Source of the DNA: Azolla caroliniana
Taxonomy: Eukaryota; Plantae; Polypodiophyta
DNA: 19,751 bases
Assembly: GCA_043228905.1 (NCBI GenBank)
Contig: JBHGNT010000591.1
Coordinates: 1 to 19,751, forward strand
Reading direction: 5' to 3'
In this document: positions 1 through 8,853 of the stretch, piece by piece
How positions within the stretch are numbered: position 1 is the stretch's first letter
Layout of the letters: every line of letters begins with the position of its first letter
Translations under genes and position numbers: made by a program
The notes under the pieces: generated by a model
Told to the model about the DNA's origin: nothing
Database searches by the model: none
Seen by the model: only the letters and a program-made list of their open reading frames with translations

Positions 1-113
1 AAGCTTTGGTGAAATCTTGTGATGGCAAGATAGCTAAGTGGCCTCATCTGTTACCGTATGCACTATGGGCTGACCGCACTACTCGCAGTTCCGTAACTGG
101 CTTTATGACATCA
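1..113 (+). pseudogene. pol: Ty3/Gypsy integrase fragment, 5' part (left of the Copia insertion)
   Basis: Frame reads ALVKSCDGKIAKWPHLLPYALWADRTTRSSVTGFMTS, the Gypsy integrase W..L...LWA.RTT...TG motif. It continues in frame at 5526 once the Copia and one CATCA copy are removed. Confidence 0.85.
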
Positions 114-487
114 TGTTGCGAATCGACGCTCCGATTCACCTTCACCACTCGGCCACAACCGAGGAAACACACGAATCGTTGTTGCAGAGAATGGGAAGTA
201 CAGAGAAAGACACGATAACACAGGGATTAGCGTGGAAAACCCTATACGGGAAAAACCACGGGAGTGCAAGACTCCAACTATCACTATGAACAGAGATGTA
301 CAATGGTGAAGCTTCAAGGCAACAACCTTGAGCTCACTGTCTTCGCCACAGGCGGCGGTAATACACAGAGGCAACGACCTCCTCGTCTCTCACGCTCTAT
401 CTCTCTCTCGGCTGCTCTCTCTTCACTCCTCTTGAGTGGAAAAACAGACAAATGAGTAGCAACAGTAAAACTGTTTGCCCTAAGTCA

Positions 488-496
488 TATTTATAC
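488..496 (-). promoter_or_regulatory. Putative LTR TATA box (TATAAATA on minus); equivalent copy near 5276-5284
   Basis: GTGTATAAATATG on minus, downstream of the U3 tandem repeats and upstream of the GA-rich leader. Confidence 0.6.
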
Positions 497-570
497 ACAT
501 ATGACTTTCGGGCTATTTACAAATATAGCCTCAAGGGCCCTTGGCAAACATATTCACAAATATGTCCCTG

Positions 571-727
571 CATCCGGCTCCGTAGCCGGGGTCTTCATCA
601 TCCGGCTCCGTAGCCGGGTCTTCATCATCCGGCTCCCTAGCCGGGGTCTTCATCATCCGGCTCCGTAGCCGGGGTCTTCATCATCCGGCTCCGTAGTCGG
701 GGTCTTCATCATCCGGCTCCGTAGCCG
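571..727. repeat. 28-bp tandem repeat in LTR U3, 5 full units plus a partial unit
   Basis: CATCCGGCTCCGTAGCCGGGGTCTTCAT units start at 571, 599 (27 bp), 626, 654, 682 and 710 (partial). Confidence 0.95.
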
Positions 728-788
728 TAACCGGGCTTGCCGTCATTCATCTCCGGACATCCCATCCGGAGGGACCGATATCCCAACA

Positions 789-798
789 AACTCCCCCT
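789..798 (-). other. Polypurine tract of the Copia element
   Basis: AGGGGGAGTT between the pol stop codon (799-801) and the LTR TG. Confidence 0.9.
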
Positions 799-3700
799 TC
801 ACTTCGGCATGGGATGTCTCTCCAATCCGATCCTCTTCCGGCATGCTTCCAGCTTGTCGGGTGTGAGTACTTTGGTCAGCATATCTGACCCGTTCTCGTC
901 CGTGTGGATCTTCGTCAGCACGAACTCCTTGTCTTCTATCCTTTCCCGGATCCAGTGATATCTTCGCTGGATGTGCTTCGTCCGGGAGTGATAGGCCGCA
1001 TTCTTCGCAAGGTGGATGGCACTCTGGCTGTCGCAATAGAGTCGGTACTCCTCCTGCCGGATACCAAGCTCTCTAATGAAGTCCTTCATCCATATTATTT
1101 CCTTGCCGGTTCAACAGCCGCCATGTACTCCGCCTCCGTGGTTGACAACGCAACCGTCTTCTGCAGCCTCGACTGCCACGAAACAGCTCCCCCTGCATAC
1201 GTCATCACATACCCTGATGTGGACCGGCTGGTATCTGCATCAGCCGACATATCCGAATCGGTGAAGCCGTCGAGTTCGGGTTTACCGGAGCCGAATCGGA
1301 GGCACGCGTTTGCCGTGCCCTTCAGGTATCGGAGTATCCACTTGGCCGCGTTCCAGTGCTCTTTGCCGGGATTGCTCATGTACCGGCTCACCACTCCGAC
1401 TGCATATCCTATGTCCGGTCTTGTACACACCATTGCGTACATCAAGCTTCCGACGGCAGAGGCATATGGTACTTTCATCATGTCCTCCTTCTCAGCCTTT
1501 GTCTTAGGGCTTTGCTTGCTGGACAGCTTGCAGTTTGTCGGGAGTGTTGACCCGACCGGTCTTGCCTCCGACATGTTGAACCGGTGAAGCACCTTTGTCA
1601 CGTACTTCTCCTGTGACAGCCACAACTGCTTCTTCTTTCGGTCCCGGATGATGTGCATCCCTAGTATTTGCCTCTCCGGACCCAGGTCTTTCATTGAGAA
1701 GGTTCGGTGAAGGGCCTTCTTCAGCATCCGTATCTTGACCTGGTCCCGTCCGACGATCAACATGTCGTCCACGTACAGGAGGAGTATTAGAAAGTCTCCT
1801 CCTTCGAACTTCTTCACAAACACGCAGTGATCGGACTGCGTTTTGTGGTACCCTTCGTCTGTCATGAAGGAGTCGAACTTCCGGTACCATTGCCGGGGAG
1901 CCTGCTTCAGACCGTAAAGGCTCTTCTTCAACCGGCATACCAGGTGCTCCTTCCCTTTCTTCTCGAATCCTTCCGGTTGCTGCATGTAGATCTCTTCCTC
2001 GAGGTCACCGTGAAGGAATGCCGTCTTCACGTCCATCTGTTCTACCTCGAGGTCCATGCTTGCCGCTATGCTCAGCACCGTCCGGATGGAGGTCATCTTC
2101 ACTACCGGGGCAAATATCTCGTCGAAGTCGACGCCCTTCTTCTGCTGAAACCCCTTCACCACGATCCTGGCTTTGTATCTCGGGGGGTTTCCGGCATCTC
2201 CCGGTTTCAGCTTGAACACCCACTTGTTACGGAGTGCCCGTTTTCCTTTCGGCAACTCCACAAGTTCATATGTGTGGTTCTCATGCAGGGAATCCATCTC
2301 CTCCTGCATGGCACTTAACCACCTGCGGCTATGGGTGTCATGCTTCGCTTCTTCAAAGCTCTCCGGCTCCCCCTCGTCGGTTAGCAGCACGTGCTCTGGT
2401 TCCGGAAATCTCCGGGGGGCCCTTCTCTCTCTTAGAGGATATCTCCGTTCCGGAGCTTCGGTAACCGGTTCTTCCGATTCTTCTTCATCCGAATCCATTT
2501 CGGGATCAGGGCCGGTTCCGGTATCATTTTCATCTTCTTCGGCCGGTTCTGTTTCTTCACCGTCTTCGGCCGGATCTTCGAGTGTTAACCGGTCCCTTGC
2601 CGGTCGGGACTGCTCCTCGTAGAGTTGATCCTCACCGGTCGACTTGGAGCTCTTCATCTTCTTCTCCGACTCCCAGTCGGCGAGTGTCTTGTCCTCCATG
2701 AAGATGATATCTCGACTCCTGAATATCTTCCTGTCGACCGGGTCCCATACTCGGTAGCCGAACTCGTCATCGCCGTAACCGAGGAATATGCATGGCCGGG
2801 TCTTTGGATCTAGCTTTCCTCTCCGGTCCTTTGCCACATGCACATATGCGAGACACCCGAATACCTTCAGATGCCGGTAGGACACTTCCTTACCGGTCCA
2901 CACTCTCTGTGGCGTGTCTCCGTCCAAAGGTACTGAGGGTGATCTGTTTATCACGTATGTCGTCGTCGACATTGCCTCAGCCCAAAATCCCTTGGGTAAT
3001 TTCGCATGTGCCAGCATACTCCGGACCCTCTCCATTATGGTCCGGTTCATCCTCTCGGCCAGCCCGTTCAGTTCCGGCGTCTTCGGCACAGTGAACTCGA
3101 GCCGGATTCCCATCGAACGGCAATACTCCGCGAACTACCCTCGGTATTCTCCTCCATTATCCGCTCGTAGTGCTTTCAGCTTCTTGCCGGATTCTCTTTC
3201 CACTCTTGCGTGGAGTTCTTTGAAGACGGACAATACTTGATCCTTTGTCTTCAACGGTGCCGTCCACAGCTTCCGGCTGTGGTCATCTATGAATGTTACG
3301 AAGTACTGGGCTCCGCCATGTGACTTCGTTTCTACCTGACACACATCAGTGTGCACCAACTCCAATGGTGCACTACGTCTCGTCGGTGGCCTTGAGTGGA
3401 AGGAGGTTCGGTTCTGTTTACCGGCCAGGCAATCGGTGCACTTCTCCAGGTGCACATGCTTCACTGGAATGAGGTTGTCTTCTGCAAGCCTCTTCATCCC
3501 CTTCTCACTCATGTGGCACAGTCTCTTGTGCCACAGCTCACCGGCAGTGTCGGCTGCCACGTTCAACTCTTCCGGACACAACCGGGCATTCATAAGGTAC
3601 AGTGTGTTGACTTTCCGGGCCCGAGCCACTATCAGGCTCCCTTTGCTGAACTTCATAACACCGTTCCGGATGCTACCCGTGTAGCCTTCATCGTCTAGCC

Positions 3701-4871
3701 TCCCGGCCGAAATCAGGTTCAATCGAACCTCCGGAACGTGTCGGACATCCTTCAGCAGCATCTTGCATCCGGTTGATGTCATCAGCCACACGTCTCCTAT
3801 GCCGGCAATCCGGCATGTACCTTCATTTCCCATCCGGACACAGCCGTGCTCCCCGGCTGTGTAGGATGAGAAGTATTTCTTCTCCGGGGTCAGGTGGAAC
3901 GACGCTCCGGAATCGACCACCCAGGTCATCTCTTCACCGGCAAGGTTCAGCTCCCTCTCTTCGGTAATGAGCATTATCTCTTCTTCACTTGCCGCGAGTG
4001 CCGTCGTTCCTTTCCGGTCCTGCCCTCGCCGATCCGGACCTCTCCGGTCCGTGGCTCCCCGGTATGCACCGTTTCTCTCCGGTGACTTCTTCGAATCGGT
4101 GTCGTCGGCTCCGTTGTCTTTTCGGTAATGCCGACAATTCTTCCGGAAGTGCCCCGGCTTCCCACAGTGGAAGCATGTGGGTCTTCCTCTTGACTGCGAC
4201 CGGGTCCCCGACTTCTCCTGTCTTTGCGGACTCCGGTTCCATTGTCTTCCCCATTCCGATTCGGTAAGCAGCGCCTTCGAGTCGGAGGCCGGTTCTTTAT
4301 CTCTCCGACGCGCTTCTTCGTTCAAAATACTTGTCTTTACCGTTTGTAGAGACAAGTTATCTTCGGTGCAGGAGGTGCTGAGAGTCACCACCAAGTTCTC
4401 CCAGCTTTCCGGCAGTGTACACATCAGAATGATGGCTTGCATTGCATCCTCCAACGGGAACTTGATCGCCGCAAGCTGGTTCACAAATCCCATGAACGTG
4501 CTTACGTGTTCCACCATACTCTCGCCGTCGCGGTACTTGAGGTTCACTATCTTCCTCATCAGGGAGGTCCGGTTCAACGCATTCTTCCTCTCGTAGAGAC
4601 CCGACAGCTTCCGCCACATCTCATATGCGTTGGTGTCGTTCGCCACATGTTGTAGAACGCTCACGTCGACGTATTGCCGAATGGTTGCAACGGCTTTCCG
4701 GTTTAGAAGCCTCCATTCCGTCTCAAGTACCCCCTTCGGTATTTCCGACCTGTCAATCGGTTCGTACAGGTCCCGAACAATCAGAAGATCCTCCATCTTG
4801 ATCTTCCAGTCGGCGTAATTCTGCGCATTCAGCACCATCATCCCCGGCTGTCCGCTGCCGCCGCCTTCCAT
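799..4871 (-). pseudogene. gag-pol: Copia gag-pol polyprotein with one in-frame stop (3135-3137) and one 1-bp frameshift (~1109/1110)
   Basis: ATG at 4871 (MEGGGSG). Motifs: gag NYADWKIKMEDLL, zinc knuckle CFHCGKPGHFRKNC, protease WVVDSGASFH, LWHKRLCHMS, integrase HTD/FIDD/DNGGEY and LNGLAERMNRT, RT YKARIVVKGF, MDVKTAFLHG, LYVDDML, RNase H TDSD/EAEY/CDSQSA/KHI/SDMLTK. Joins ORFs 3135..5162, 1095..3113 and 799..1089. Confidence 0.95.
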
Positions 4872-4886
4872 TTTTTGCAGCAACTC

Positions 4887-4898
4887 GCTCTGATACCA
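4887..4898 (-). other. Primer binding site, tRNA-iMet
   Basis: TGGTATCAGAGC located 3 nt inside the 5' LTR; the canonical plant iMet PBS. Confidence 0.95.
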
Positions 4899-4901
4899 CT
4901 T

Positions 4902-5520
4902 TGTTGCGAATCGACGCTCCGATTCACCTTCACCACTCGGCCACAACCGAGGAAACACACGAATCGTTGTTGCAGAGAATGGGAAGTACAGAGAAAGACA
5001 CGATAACACAGGGATTAGCGTGGAAAACCCTATACGGGAAAAACCACGGGAGTGCAAGACTCCAACTATCACTATGAACAGAGATGTACAATGGTGAAGC
5101 TTCAAGGCAACAACCTTGAGCTCACTGTCTTCGCCACAGGCGGCGGTAATACACAGAGGCAACGACCTCCTCGTCTCTCACGCTCTATCTCTCTCTCGGC
5201 TGCTCTCTCTTCACTCCTCTTGAGTGGAAAAACAGAAAAATGAGTAGCAACAGTAAAACTGTTTGCCCTAAGTCATATTTATACACATATGACTTTCGGG
5301 CTATTTACAAATATAGCCTCAAGGGCCCTTGGCAAACATATTCACAAATATGTCCCTGCATCCGGCTCCGTAGCCGGGGTCTTCATCATCCGGCTCCGTA
5401 GCCGGGTCTTCATCATCCGGCTCCGTAGCCGGGGTCTTCATCATCCGGCTTCGTAGCCGTAACCGGGCTTGCCGTCATTCATCTCCGGACATCCCATCCG
5501 GAGGGACCGATATCCCAACA
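4902..5520 (-). repeat. 5' LTR of the Copia element (619 bp)
   Basis: Direct repeat of 114-788, 56 bp shorter; adjacent to the PBS. Confidence 0.95.
5359..5459. repeat. 28-bp tandem repeat in 5' LTR, 3 full units plus a partial unit
   Basis: Units start at 5359, 5387 (27 bp), 5414 and 5442 (partial). Confidence 0.95.
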
Positions 5521-5525
5521 CATCA

Positions 5526-6050
5526 GAATTGATACTTGGTCAAAAGCCAATTATGCCAGTAGAGAAAACAGTATTTTCCTAGGTTTCCTTGCCATGGGCA
5601 TATGAAATGAGTCGAGAATATTTGCTTGCTCTTAGAATAAGACAGCTAGAAAGAAGGGATGAAGATGTTCAAATAGCTACGGAAAGGATGAAACAATGTC
5701 GACTACGGAACAAAGAAAGATTTGATAAAACCCATCGCCTTCGACCAAGAAAGATCCAAGGTGATTGGGTCATAGTTTATGATAGCAGCTTGGATAACCA
5801 ACATAGTACTTGTCGCAAATTTGCTAAAAGATGGTTCGGGCCATATATCATTAGACAAGTGAATAAAAATGCAACGTATTTCCTAACTGAAATAGATGGA
5901 GTTGCTTTAAAGTTATCAATTGCAGGAAAGCGAATTAAGCTATTCAAGAGAAGGGAAGATCAAAGCACTAACTTCCTCAACGAAGATGACATCCATGAAG
6001 CTGAAGAAGGAGACATTTGTTGGTGCATGCCAGAGGATGCGCAGGTCTAG
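5526..6050 (+). pseudogene. pol: Ty3/Gypsy integrase C-terminus with GPY/F module; no chromodomain visible
   Basis: ELILGQKPIMPVE...S*VSLPW (TAG at 5580-5582)...GDWVIVYDS...KRWFGPYII...NATYFLTEIDG...GKRIKLFK, followed directly by a PPT. Confidence 0.85.
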
Positions 6051-6060
6051 AGGGGGAGGA
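6049..6060 (+). other. Polypurine tract of the Gypsy element
   Basis: AGAGGGGGAGGA immediately before TGTCGTG. Confidence 0.8.
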
Positions 6061-6704
6061 TGTCGTGACGTTTCCATGCCACAATGAGAAAATAACTTCT
6101 ACCAATTTATATGAGCTTATTCAAATCTTTGTAAAAGGTTATATAAAGTGTGAGACCTCGATGAATAGGAGCGTCGGGGGGTTTAGGTGTCGTGAAGGGT
6201 TTGCTTCACAATAGAAAAATAAACTAAAATATTGTATTGAAAAACATTCGAGAGACTTGAACCCACAACCTCACATACCAAACACAAGGCACATATCGTA
6301 AGGCTAAGTCAATTGTTCTTTAAAAATTATATTTTAATGTTTGTACTTATGCCATGTATATATTTCATACATGAAATCTCAAATGTGTGGGATGTCTATC
6401 ATGCATCACATGCATTCCATGCACTACATGCATGTTTTGTACCCTCACATGCATCATATGCATGGGGACACCTATTTAAAGAGGGAAAGGGAAAAGAGTG
6501 AGGGGGAGAACAGGAGACGAGGAATATTATTGTAATAGGAGGGACAAGCTATATTATTTTACAAGAAATATTTTGTAATCATCATCAAATATCAATACAA
6601 GTTATTTCTGTTTCTCCTCTTTCTTTGACAAGAAGCCCGGTGCTTACTTCCCAGATACGCGATTTTCTTTTCGTTTGCTCTCGTACGCCAAGATCAACGC
6701 GACA
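6061..6704 (+). mobile_element. Gypsy 3' LTR (right boundary tentative)
   Basis: Starts TGTCGTG after the PPT. Shares the A/B-box, CATGCA cluster, TTGTACCCTCACATGCATCATATGCATG block and TATA with the solo LTRs at 8216 and 15886. Plausible end ...CGCGACA at 6704. Confidence 0.65.
6253..6306 (-). promoter_or_regulatory. Degenerate tRNA-like Pol III A/B boxes inside LTR
   Basis: Minus strand TAGCCTTACGA - 32 nt - GGTTCAAGTCT. Confidence 0.45.
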
Positions 6705-6940
6705 CCTTACATGGTTGCTCATGCCCGTTGGTGTTCCAATTCCCGGTGAGGACCGTACATTGTCGCTCACACTCACATTGGTGTTCCAGTCTCTGATGAG
6801 GACCGTACATGGTCTCTCACACCCGTTGGTGGTCTAGTCTCCGGTGAGGACCACATATGGTCGCTCACGTTCAAACGTGCTCTAATTTCTAGTGAGGATT
6901 GCTCATGGTCACTCACTCCTCAACGTACTTTGGTTTTCTC
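6705..6940. repeat. Diverged ~48-bp tandem repeat, about 5 units
   Basis: Consensus close to CCGTACATGGTCGCTCACACCCGTTGGTGTTCCAGTCTCCGGTGAGGA; units start at 6705, 6753, 6803, 6851 and 6899. Confidence 0.85.
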
Positions 6941-6973
6941 TTTTAGCTCACCCCTACACCACGCTTTCGATAA

Positions 6974-7729
6974 TGTCACAGACATGTCAACAATCATGTC
7001 AAAATTTGAACTCTTCACCTCTTGACATATATAGTTAGGTGTTGTGTTCCGACACATCCAAATATATGGTCATGTTATCTATATCTTAGTAGATTATTAG
7101 TAGATTATCTATTTGAAGTTCTAGGAGTTTATAGAAAGTTCTAGAACTAGAAGGTTCTAGAGGGTTCTACAATATTCTCCCAAATATTCTCCAAAATATT
7201 CTACTGCATGTACTTCGACTCACAGTATAAATACTTGTAACCTTCTTGGTCCTTTTCAAGGGATTCAAACTGTCACAGACACACCAACTGTGGACTCGAA
7301 CAAAGCACAGATGATTGGGTTATGAGCGATAGGCTACAAACTTGGAACTCAAAGTGACGAGGCTAGAAACTCAGGATGTTGGGAGCGATGAGACGAGGAA
7401 CTTAAGATGTTGGGAACAATACAAGAGCATAAAACAAAGATGTAAATCAAGGAGAGAAGAAGGGATTCCACACTAGTCATTGACACATCAATCTAGTATT
7501 CTCGTTTAATGATGTGTCAATGACTAGTGTGGAATCCCATCTTCTCTCCTTCATTTACATCTCTATTTTATGCTCTTGTATTGTTCCCAACATCTTAAGT
7601 TCCTCGTCTCATCGCTCCCAACTTCCCGAGTTTCTAGCCTCGTCACTTCGAGTTCCAAGTTCGTAGCTCGTCGCTCATAACCCAATCATCTGTGCTTTGT
7701 TCGAGTCCACAATTGGTGTGTCTGTGACA
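6974..7729 (+). mobile_element. Rearranged solo-LTR-like unit with TGTCACAGACA termini
   Basis: 11-bp terminal inverted repeat TGTCACAGACA (6974) / TGTCTGTGACA (ends 7729), TATAAATA at 7226-7233. The right end cuts a gag frame. No matching TSD. Confidence 0.6.
7271..7729. repeat. Long inverted repeat: 220-bp arms with a 19-nt spacer
   Basis: Arms 7271-7490 and 7510-7729 align without gaps, with 12 mismatches by manual comparison (~95%). Confidence 0.97.
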
Positions 7730-8736
7730 ACCAGATCCTCACCCGTCATAGTGTCCTTCGTATGGGACAATGATGCCTCGACTGCCGCGTCCTAACGCAT
7801 CCTAACGCATGCGATCAATGTTGGCCTCATTGGCTTTTCTAGATAGGCTTTCGCCTCTTTTCTTATGTCATCTTGTACTTCCCACTCGCCTGCCTTTGAC
7901 TGGCTACGAGTGGTCACCTGTTGTACTTCTGTCGTGATCGTATTCACCACTGGTCCGTTGCCCTTATCGTGTCGTGGACACTAAGTCGCGTAATGCCCTG
8001 GCTGTTGACAGATAAAACAATGTAGAATGGACTCACCTTTTTTTGTTGTGGGTGGAGCGACGAGCTCAGGTGGTGGCACGGGCTCATCCCGAGGTCGTTG
8101 TTGATACTGATGTTATCGCGTATTCTGGGGCTTCTTGAGGTAATCACAATGATTTTTATTCTAGGGATGATGTCGGTCGTCCTCCGAACTATTGTCGCGG
8201 GACGAATGGTTACGTTGTCGTGAAGATTTTCGGTAATAGTGTGAAAATCCCATAAAACGTACAAAATCGAGTATGAATTACATAATACAATGATTGTGAA
8301 GATAACATTTTAAATAAATTTAATATCTAAGTACAAAATGATGGAGGTTTCGAATGCACTTTATTACACGTGAAACGGACAACTAAATGTCAAGAAATGA
8401 GGGTATAAAGTTTGTGAAAGGAAAAGAGAAAATTGTGAGATATCCCACATAGGCACGACAAATACGGCTCTCATCAAATATAAGGTAGAGCAAAAGATAT
8501 TATCTTTGTGTCTATGTGTGGAGCATAGAGAGTTCAAGGTAACTTGAACTAAGAGTGGAGGTGGGCTAGCTACTCGTAAAGGGTTTTGGCCAACCAAAAC
8601 CGGACCGGCGATGGAGCCGGTGGCATCCAGCGCCAGTGAGACACCGGCATCCGACGGCAATCCGGCGACGGCGAGGTGGCGGCATCCGGCGAGGCACCGG
8701 TAACCGACGGCATCCGACGAACCGGAGTCCGGTGAC

Positions 8737-8779
8737 TATATAAATAAATATATAAATATATATACATATATACATATAC
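8737..8779. repeat. Imperfect (TA)n microsatellite inside solo LTR A
   Basis: TATATAAATAAATATATAAATATATATACATATATACATATAC. Confidence 0.8.
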
Positions 8780-8785
8780 AAGGAG

Positions 8786-8853
8786 GGCAAGTAAGGATTC
8801 GAACCTTGCACCTCCGAGTTAGGAGTCAATTGGCTTACCATTAAGCCATGCCA
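8786..8853 (-). promoter_or_regulatory. tRNA-like Pol III A/B-box module inside solo LTR A
   Basis: A box TGGCTTAATGG (8848-8838) with D-arm GCTT/AAGC, and B box GGTTCGAATCC (8805-8795) in an AAGG/CCTT T-arm. Acceptor and anticodon stems are poor. Confidence 0.65.

Larger units (their letters stand above)
114..788 (-). repeat. 3' LTR of the Copia element (675 bp)
   Basis: TGTTGCG...CCCAACA on +. Direct repeat of 4902-5520 and adjacent to the PPT. Confidence 0.95.
114..5520 (-). mobile_element. Full-length Ty1/Copia LTR retrotransposon, Tnt1/Tork-like, young but disabled
   Basis: Two TG...CA LTRs (114-788, 4902-5520), 5-bp TSD CATCA (109-113 and 5521-5525), tRNA-iMet PBS, PPT, and domain order gag-PR-INT-RT-RH. 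Confidence 0.97.

Noticed and set aside
1-6. AAGCTT at the window start
   Set aside because: A HindIII site, most likely a cloning boundary rather than a biological feature.
571-727. 28-bp repeats as a CRISPR array
   Set aside because: The units are head-to-tail with no unique spacers, there are no cas genes, and they lie inside a eukaryotic LTR.
3135-3137. Programmed stop-codon readthrough
   Set aside because: The stop is inside the integrase core, not at a gag/pol boundary, and lacks a CARYYA context. A C-to-T nonsense change is simpler.
904-4818. Many + strand ORFs over the Copia, such as 904..1587 and 1827..2318
   Set aside because: Antisense shadows of a GC-rich coding frame, with no recognisable motifs.
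4872-5162. First 97 aa of ORF 3135..5162 and the matching ORF 111..374
   Set aside because: Open frame through the LTR and PBS (KWYQS is the PBS). The likely start is the ATG at 4871.
6188-6197. TGTCGTGAAG as the Gypsy LTR start
   Set aside because: The clean PPT abuts 6061, and the sequence after 6197 does not follow the solo-LTR starts. A nested boundary here cannot be fully excluded.
7271-7729. Palindrome as a Mutator, hAT or Tourist MITE
   Set aside because: No 3-, 8- or 9-bp TSD (only a chance-level AC/AC), and the terminus matches the LTR-like start at 6974.
7730-7744. GGGTGAGGATCTGGT (minus) as a PPT for the 7729 terminus
   Set aside because: It contains several pyrimidines and reads as continuing gag-like sequence; the LTR's TATA also points the other way.
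8786-8853. Functional tRNA gene (Arg-CCT-like loop)
   Set aside because: Acceptor and anticodon stems pair poorly and the anticodon region differs among the three copies; only promoter geometry is kept.
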